This document shows positions 52,465 through 58,562 of a DNA stretch of 58,562 nucleotides, in pieces. Made by a program: the position numbers and the translations under genes. The notes below the pieces were generated by a model. It was given only the letters and a program-made list of their open reading frames with translations, did not search any database and was not told where the DNA came from. The stretch comes from an uncultured Ruminococcus sp. (GTDB lineage: Bacteria; Bacillota; Clostridia; Oscillospirales; Acutalibacteraceae), in assembly GCA_902799325.1 (NCBI GenBank), contig CADCAD010000009.1, forward strand, positions 1-58,562, given 5' to 3'. Every line of letters starts with the position of its first letter. Positions within the stretch are counted from its first letter, which is position 1.

Positions 52465-54135
52465 TTACCAGCGCTCGTTGAGCTGTGCTCTGGCGGAGGT
52501 TCTCTTTTTGGAAGCCTTGCGTGCGCCGCTCTGCTTCTTGCTGACAATCAGCAGAACAAGAGCAACTGCGCCGAGCAGTACGGCAACCAGAACAAGCCAC
52601 AGCCAGATGTTGGCGGTTCTCTGAACCTGCGCGGTGTTGGCGGCAGGCACGATGTTGGCGGATTTCTCCAGCGCCTTCTCGGTAACCTCGTTCGCCTTGG
52701 CAACCGACTTGGAAGCGGCAGCGGTGTACTCGCTTGCCGGTGTGGTGGCGCTGACAACGCTTACGCTGCTGAACGCGGAATCAACGGCGTTCTGAACGGC
52801 GTCGGCGTCCTCCTCAGCGGAAACCTCCTCAACGGTGACAACCGCTTCGGTTTCCTCGGGAACGGTTTCCTCGACAACCTCGGGAACCTCTGCTGCAACA
52901 GCGTCGTCGCTGAACAGCATTTCGTAAGTAACGGAATCAACCGTGCCGGTGGCTTCCAGACCGTTTGCCAGCTGGAACGCCGCAACAGCCTCGGTGGTGT
53001 ACTCGCCGTAAAGACCGGTTGCCTCCAGTTCAAAGTAGCCCAGCTCGGCAAGCTTTGTCTGCACGGTAGCCACCTGGTCGCTGAAGTCGCCGTCCTGCAG
53101 CATCACAAAGCCTTCGGCGGTTTCTTCCTCCGCTTCGGTTGCGGGCTCCTCGGCAGGGGTTTCCTCTGCGGGCGTCTCCTCAGCCGGGGTTTCCTCAGCC
53201 GGGGTTTCCTCTGCCGGAGTTTCCTCAGCAGGTGTTTCTGCAACCTCTGTCTTGGCGGCGGGCGCGTTATCGGAATAAAGCACCTCTCTGTCGGAGCCGG
53301 CAATGCCGTCCACCGTCAATCCTGCGGCAGCCTGGAACGCTCTGAAAGCAGCGTCGGTCAAATCACCGAAGTCACCGTCGATGGCGCCGTTATAATAGCC
53401 GAGTTCCGCAAGACGTGTTTGGATTTTAACAACTTCATCATCGTTTGAGCCTTTGCTCCAGACGGTAGGCCTGACCGACGAGGACTTCTGGGAGCTTGAG
53501 GAAGAGGATTTGCTGCTCGAAGAAGTACTCGCACCGGAAGGAGTCGTACTGGAATGACCCTTTGCATCAAAGTAATAAGTTGTACCGTCGATTGTTCTTG
53601 AGGTGTCAACGATGTACTCGCCGTCCTCATAGTAGTAGTAATTGCCGTTGAAGTTCTCCCAGCCCTCGGTGGGATAATCAACTGCGGTCAGCTTGAACCA
53701 GCAATCCCAGTTGTTGTAACCGTTTTCGCCGATTTGCTGATAGCAAACGCCGTAGTCGCTGCCGCGCGCGTCAACCTCCATGCCGTCCTCAATGTAGACG
53801 CCTACGTGGTTGGGACGGGAAAGACCGAGGCCGTGGACTCTCGGAATACCGTCGGAGACGTAACCCCAATCTCTGCCGTTCGCCTGCGCGTCGGAGAGCA
53901 TGCTGATACGGTCGCCGCCGCAATAAGACCAAATCAAGCCGGAGCAGTCAACCGCACCGGGTTCTGCGCCGCCCCATACATACGACCAGCCTTCATAGTA
54001 CGCGTTCAGCGCGTACTCCGCAAGACCGGCGCCTGTGCCGGAAGCACCTGCGCTCATGCCGGTGCCTGCAACAGCGACACTGCCGATTGTGGCAGCGCTG
54101 AGCGTCACGGCAAGAACTTTTTTCATCCTGTTCAT
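52465..54135 (-). CDS. NlpC/P60 peptidoglycan hydrolase with PG-binding domains and a C-terminal TM anchor
   Basis: Signal peptide, YVWGG..DCSGLI..HVGVY, two PG_binding_1-like repeats, acidic stalk, TM plus basic tail. Confidence 0.85.
   Translation of the reverse strand: MNRMKKVLAVTLSAATIGSVAVAGTGMSAGASGTGAGLAEYALNAYYEGWSYVWGGAEPGAVDCSGLIWSYCGGDRISMLSDAQANGRDWGYVSDGIPRVHGLGLSRPNHVGVYIEDGMEVDARGSDYGVCYQQIGENGYNNWDCWFKLTAVDYPTEGWENFNGNYYYYEDGEYIVDTSRTIDGTTYYFDAKGHSSTTPSGASTSSSSKSSSSSSQKSSSVRPTVWSKGSNDDEVVKIQTRLAELGYYNGAIDGDFGDLTDAAFRAFQAAAGLTVDGIAGSDREVLYSDNAPAAKTEVAETPAEETPAEETPAEETPAEETPAEETPAEEPATEAEEETAEGFVMLQDGDFSDQVATVQTKLAELGYFELEATGLYGEYTTEAVAAFQLANGLEATGTVDSVTYEMLFSDDAVAAEVPEVVEETVPEETEAVVTVEEVSAEEDADAVQNAVDSAFSSVSVVSATTPASEYTAAASKSVAKANEVTEKALEKSANIVPAANTAQVQRTANIWLWLVLVAVLLGAVALVLLIVSKKQSGARKASKKRTSARAQLNERW
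53146..53238. repeat. 15-bp tandem repeat encoding (EETPA)n
   Basis: About six degenerate units in the hydrolase linker. Confidence 0.85.
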
Positions 54136-54174
54136 TTCTATTACCTCCAATATTTTTCGAATAAATCTATGCGC

Positions 54175-54254
54175 TGTAACCGAATTGTTACATTTGGAAA
54201 GCGATTTGTTAACAGATTTGTAACTATTATAGCACCTATATTTCAAAATGTCAA
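54175..54254 (-). promoter_or_regulatory. Consensus promoter plus WalR-like direct repeats
   Basis: TTGACA-17-TATAAT (54226-54254); plus-strand TGTAAC-N5-TGTTAC (54175-54191) and TGTTAA-N6-TGTAAC (54207-54224). Confidence 0.65.
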
Positions 54255-54424
54255 CCTTTTCTCCCCACTTTTTTCTCTATTAGGAAAATTCGGTCAATCT
54301 GCTAAACGGGAATTTCCAATGCAGAATTATTTTGACAAATATGATTACAATTCCGTAAACTTTCAAAAATATCACTAAAAACGCCTTCCCCTTTTCATTA
54401 TATATATGCGTCATGGATGCCTTA

Positions 54425-54581
54425 TACTATTCTTAATTAAAAGACTTAAAAACAGAAGTTAGCGGAAAATTTCGCAGAACAAGGCGGAGGACGCAGGAAT
54501 CCTGACGGATTCCGAGGACGACAACGCAGTTATGCGGAATTTTACGCAACAGCTGTTTAAGGATTTTATTTAAGAATAGTA
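54425..54581. mobile_element. MITE-like palindromic element, full-length copy (157 nt)
   Basis: TTA-TACTATTCTTAA...TTAAGAATAGTA-TTA; folds as one long hairpin. Confidence 0.78.
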
Positions 54582-54922
54582 TTAGCCCGGCTTCGGCAAA
54601 GCGCCTCTTGCCAAGGCGTTTCATCAACGTCAGAGCAGAAACGCGCTTGACAAAACAAAAAAATCTGAAATCTTGCAAAAAACCGATTGCAACCAAGCCG
54701 CTTTTATAGTATAATAAATCCGATTAGGATTTTATGATGCCTTTTTGGACGCTTTTGTCACATTTCGCTTAATTTTTTGCGCCAAATAACAAAATAAAGG
54801 ATAACACGATAAACTTTGGAAAAAGCGAAAAAGGACATTGACAAAAGTTTAACAATGGTGGTAAAATAGAATCCGTCAGGAAGGCTTATGGTGTTATCCG
54901 TAATCGAAAGGACTTTTGTAAC

Positions 54923-55693
54923 ATGAAAAAGATTGTATCCGCTATTCTGGCTTGCGTTCTGTGCGCGAGCGTAGCTGTCGCTGCCGCCGGCTGCGGCTGT
55001 CAAAAGAGTAAAAACGATGCAAAGGCTACCTCCGGCAAAACCACCTCCGGCAGCAACGAGCCCGGCTATCGCATCGAGCCCACCGACCCCAGCTTCACCA
55101 AGGGCGACTTTGGCTTCTACCGTCTCAACGACAGCGAGGTAAAGGTCACCGTTTACAAGGGCAGCTCCAAGAAGGTTGAAATTCCTGCTTCCGTTGACGG
55201 CTCCGCTGTTACCGTTATTGAGCGAGATTTGTTCAAGGGCTCCGACATTGAGAGCGTCACCATTCCCGCATCCGTAAGAGAAATTCAGGACTACGCTTTC
55301 TCGCAGTGCAAAAACCTCAAGGAAATTGTTGTTCCCGAGGGCGTCAAGACCATCGGCAGCCACGCGTTCTGGTACAGCCCCGCGCTGGAGAAAATCACCC
55401 TTCCCAGCACGCTGAAGAAAATCGGTCCCTACGCTTTCTCGGCAACCGGACTGAAATCCATCACCATTCCCGAAACCGACAACACGCTGAGCTCCCTTGA
55501 CGAGTTCCTGTTCTTCCAGTGCGCCAACCTCACCGAGGTCACCATTCCGCTGAGCATCACCGGCATCGCCGACAACGCCTTCAACGAGTGCTCCGCCGAT
55601 TTGGTGATCAAGGCATACACTGGCTCCTGCGGCGCGCAGTTTGCCAAGTCGCACAACATCAAGCTCGAGGAACTGAAAAGACCGAAACAATAA
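54923..55693 (+). CDS. BspA-like leucine-rich-repeat lipoprotein
   Basis: Lipobox AAGC; repeats of L..I.IP.SV..I...AF. Confidence 0.9.
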   Translation: MKKIVSAILACVLCASVAVAAAGCGCQKSKNDAKATSGKTTSGSNEPGYRIEPTDPSFTKGDFGFYRLNDSEVKVTVYKGSSKKVEIPASVDGSAVTVIERDLFKGSDIESVTIPASVREIQDYAFSQCKNLKEIVVPEGVKTIGSHAFWYSPALEKITLPSTLKKIGPYAFSATGLKSITIPETDNTLSSLDEFLFFQCANLTEVTIPLSITGIADNAFNECSADLVIKAYTGSCGAQFAKSHNIKLEELKRPKQ

Positions 55694-55787
55694 ATAACGG
55701 CAGCACCGCGCCCCCAAACGGTGCGGTTGCGCCTCCATTTTTCACCCCTGCGGTGAATGGCACTATAGTAACAAGAGGGTAGATTTT

Positions 55788-58409
55788 ATGAACAACAAAG
55801 AATATCCTATCGTAGACAGCGTCGAAACCTTTGAAGCCGCGCTCGCCCGTGTGAGAGCCGCGCAAAGGGAATTTGCGACGTTTACGCAGGAACAGGTTGA
55901 CAAGATTTTCCTTGCCGCCGCCACCGCCGCCAACCGCGCGCGCCTGCCGCTTGCCAAGATGGCAGTGGAGGAAACCGGCATGGGCGTTGTGGAGGACAAG
56001 GTCATCAAGAACCACTTTGCCTCCGAGTATATTTACAACGCGTACAAGGACGTCAAAACCTGCGGCGTCATTGAGGAAAACAAGGTGTTCGGCACCCAAA
56101 GAATTGCCGAGCCCATCGGCGTGATTGCCGCTGTTATTCCCACCACCAACCCCACATCTACCGCGATTTTCAAGGCGCTTGTGTGCCTGAAAACGCGCAA
56201 CGGCATCATCATCAGCCCCCATCCGCGCGCCAAAAAGAGCACTATCGCCGCCGCCAAGATTGTTTTGGAGGCTGCGGTTGCGGCAGGCGCTCCCGAGGAC
56301 ATCATCAGCTGGATTGACATTCCCTCGCTGGAGCTGACCAACATGCTGATGCAGGAGGCTGACTGCATCCTCGCCACCGGCGGTCCCGGCATGGTCAAGG
56401 CTGCCTATTCCAGCGGCAAGCCTGCGCTGGGCGTCGGCGCCGGCAACACCCCTGCCATCATCGACGAAACCGCGGACATTCTGCTGGCGGTCAACTCGAT
56501 TATCCACTCCAAGACCTTCGACAACGGCATGATTTGCGCGTCGGAGCAGAGCGTCATCGTCAACAAAAAGCTCTACGCCAAGGTCAAAAAGGAGTTCAAG
56601 GCGCGCGGCTGCTACTTCCTCAACGGTGAGGAGCTCGACAAGGTGCGCCATACCATCATCATCAACGGCTCGCTGAACGCCAAAATCGTCGGTCAAAAGC
56701 CCGTAACCATCGCGGCGCTCGCCGGCGTGACGGTTCCCGAAAGCACCAAGATTCTCATCGGCGAGGTCGAGAGCGTGGACATTACCGAGGAGTTCGCGCA
56801 CGAAAAGCTCAGCCCCGTGCTGGCGATGTACAAGGCGGAGGACTTTGACGACGCCATCGCCAAGGCGGAGCAGCTGATTGCCGACGGCGGCTACGGACAC
56901 ACCTCCTCCATCTATCTCGACGCGGTCAACGAGCGCGAGAAGCTCGACAAATTCGCGGCAAAGATGAAAACCTGCCGTATTCTGGTCAACACCCCGTCCT
57001 CGCAGGGCGGCATCGGCGACCTGTACAACTTCGACCTCACCCCCTCGCTGACACTCGGCTGCGGCTCGTGGGGCGGCAACTCGGTCAGCGAAAACGTAGG
57101 CGTCAAGCACCTGCTGAACATCAAAACCGTTGCCGAGAGGAGAGAAAACATGCTGTGGTTCAGAGCACCTGAAAAGGTTTATATCAAAAAAGGCTGCATG
57201 CCGATTGCTTTGCAGGAGCTGAAGGACGTACTGGGCAAAAAGAGAGCCTTCCTCGTCACCGACAGCTTCCTTTATAAAAACGGCTATTCCAAGCCGATCA
57301 CCGACAAGCTTGACGAAATGGGCATCCCCTACACCGTCTTTTCCGACGTTGAGCCCGACCCGTCGCTTGTTTCCGCGCAGAACGGCGCGGAGGCAATGCG
57401 CAAGTTTGAGCCGGACGTCATCATCGCTCTCGGCGGCGGCTCCGCGATGGACGCCGCAAAGATTATGTGGGTGCTGTATGAGCATCCCGACGTAGACTTC
57501 CAGGATATGGCGATGCGCTTCTCCGACATCCGCAAGCGCGTCTACACCTTCCCCAAGATGGGCGAAAAGGCGTACTTCATCGCCATCCCCACCTCCTCGG
57601 GCACCGGCTCCGAGGTGACGCCCTTCGCGGTTATCACCGATCAGGAAACCGGCATCAAGTATCCGCTGGCGGACTATGAGCTGATGCCGAACATGGCAAT
57701 TGTGGACGCAGACAACATGATGAGCGGTCCCAAGGGCTTGACCGCCGCTTCGGGTATCGACGCGGTTTCCCACGCGCTGGAGGCATACGCTTCCATGATG
57801 GCGACCGACTTCACCGACGGCTTGGCGCTCAAGGCGCTCAAGGTCATCTTTGAATACCTGCCCGCCTGCTATGACAATGGCATGAACGAGCCCGTCGCCC
57901 GTGAAAAGGTGGCGCACGCGGCTACCATGGCAGGTATGGCGTTTGCCAATGCCTTCCTCGGCGTTTGCCACTCCATGGCGCACAAGCTCGGCGCGTTCCA
58001 TCACATCGCCCACGGCATTGCCAACGCGTTAATGCTCGAGCAGGTTATCCGCTTCAACAGCGCAGAGGTTCCTGCCAAGATGGGCACCTTCCCGCAGTAT
58101 GACCATCCGCACACCCTCGCGCGCTACGCGGAGGTGGCACAGTTCCTCGGCTTTGCCGGCAAGGATGACAAGGAAAGCGTAGAGAACCTGATTGACGGCA
58201 TCAACGCCCTGAAGGCGCGCGTCGGCATCAAGGAAACCATCGCCGACTACGGCGTCAGCGAGGAGGACTTCCTCGCCACCCTCGACGAGATGACCGAGCA
58301 GGCGTTTGACGACCAGTGCACCGGCGCCAATCCGCGTTATCCGCTGATGAGCGAAATCAAGCAGATGTACCTCAATGCCTTCTACGGCAACAACAAAAAC
58401 GCTGTATAA
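55788..58409 (+). CDS. adhE: Bifunctional acetaldehyde-CoA/alcohol dehydrogenase
   Basis: PTTNPTST, FDNGMICASEQ, GCGSWGGNS, GGGSAMD, CHSMAHK. Confidence 0.97.
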   Translation: MNNKEYPIVDSVETFEAALARVRAAQREFATFTQEQVDKIFLAAATAANRARLPLAKMAVEETGMGVVEDKVIKNHFASEYIYNAYKDVKTCGVIEENKVFGTQRIAEPIGVIAAVIPTTNPTSTAIFKALVCLKTRNGIIISPHPRAKKSTIAAAKIVLEAAVAAGAPEDIISWIDIPSLELTNMLMQEADCILATGGPGMVKAAYSSGKPALGVGAGNTPAIIDETADILLAVNSIIHSKTFDNGMICASEQSVIVNKKLYAKVKKEFKARGCYFLNGEELDKVRHTIIINGSLNAKIVGQKPVTIAALAGVTVPESTKILIGEVESVDITEEFAHEKLSPVLAMYKAEDFDDAIAKAEQLIADGGYGHTSSIYLDAVNEREKLDKFAAKMKTCRILVNTPSSQGGIGDLYNFDLTPSLTLGCGSWGGNSVSENVGVKHLLNIKTVAERRENMLWFRAPEKVYIKKGCMPIALQELKDVLGKKRAFLVTDSFLYKNGYSKPITDKLDEMGIPYTVFSDVEPDPSLVSAQNGAEAMRKFEPDVIIALGGGSAMDAAKIMWVLYEHPDVDFQDMAMRFSDIRKRVYTFPKMGEKAYFIAIPTSSGTGSEVTPFAVITDQETGIKYPLADYELMPNMAIVDADNMMSGPKGLTAASGIDAVSHALEAYASMMATDFTDGLALKALKVIFEYLPACYDNGMNEPVAREKVAHAATMAGMAFANAFLGVCHSMAHKLGAFHHIAHGIANALMLEQVIRFNSAEVPAKMGTFPQYDHPHTLARYAEVAQFLGFAGKDDKESVENLIDGINALKARVGIKETIADYGVSEEDFLATLDEMTEQAFDDQCTGANPRYPLMSEIKQMYLNAFYGNNKNAV

Positions 58410-58431
58410 TGCAGTATAACCCATAAAGTAA

Positions 58432-58458
58432 ACGCCCCGTGAAAAACTCACGGGGCGT
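58432..58458 (+). terminator. Hairpin after adhE
   Basis: ACGCCCCGTGA..TCACGGGGCGT, without a T-tract. Confidence 0.55.
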
Positions 58459-58517
58459 CCAGACTGTAGAAAAAGTCCGTATGTGATTTTTTCAGAACAA
58501 CATTTGACAAAGTGAAA

Positions 58518-58562
58518 GCCTCCTCCGTGGTGGAGGAGGTGGCGCGCCGCAACGCGGCGTGA
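58518..58562. repeat. REP-like GC-rich hairpins (truncated by the window end)
   Basis: GCCTCCTCC-gtggt-GGAGGAGGT then GCGCCGC-aac-GCGGCGT. Confidence 0.5.

Noticed and set aside
55694-55787. Rex operator upstream of adhE
   Set aside because: No convincing TTGTGAA-N4-TTCACAA match

Overview
Mostly core chromosome of a spore-forming Clostridia bacterium, probably Oscillospirales/Ruminococcaceae-like (inferred from gene content and order). Housekeeping blocks are rimP-nusA-ylxR-ylxQ-infB-rbfA-nrnA-truB, rpoB-rpoC, lexA, fakA-fakB-plsY, murT-gatD, a phosphohexomutase and adhE. Accessory parts are a LexA-boxed umuC-yolD cassette, a DUF4160 two-gene module, a K+/Na+ transport islet, a large vWA plus Ig-like surface-protein pair, and a complete NrtR-headed NAD+ salvage operon with a second, different pncB. 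The most striking signal is non-coding: a complete glmS ribozyme sits directly upstream of nagB (GlcN6P deaminase) instead of glmS, which suggests NagB runs in the biosynthetic, ammonia-using direction. Also found: a candidate anti-Shine-Dalgarno sRNA between lexA and rpoC, a multi-hairpin leader before an HPr-like gene, a family of miniature inverted-repeat elements at TTA/TAA sites, and frameshifting deletions in murT and ktrB. No rRNA, tRNA, CRISPR array or intact transposase was seen. All calls come from reading the sequence; no searches were run.
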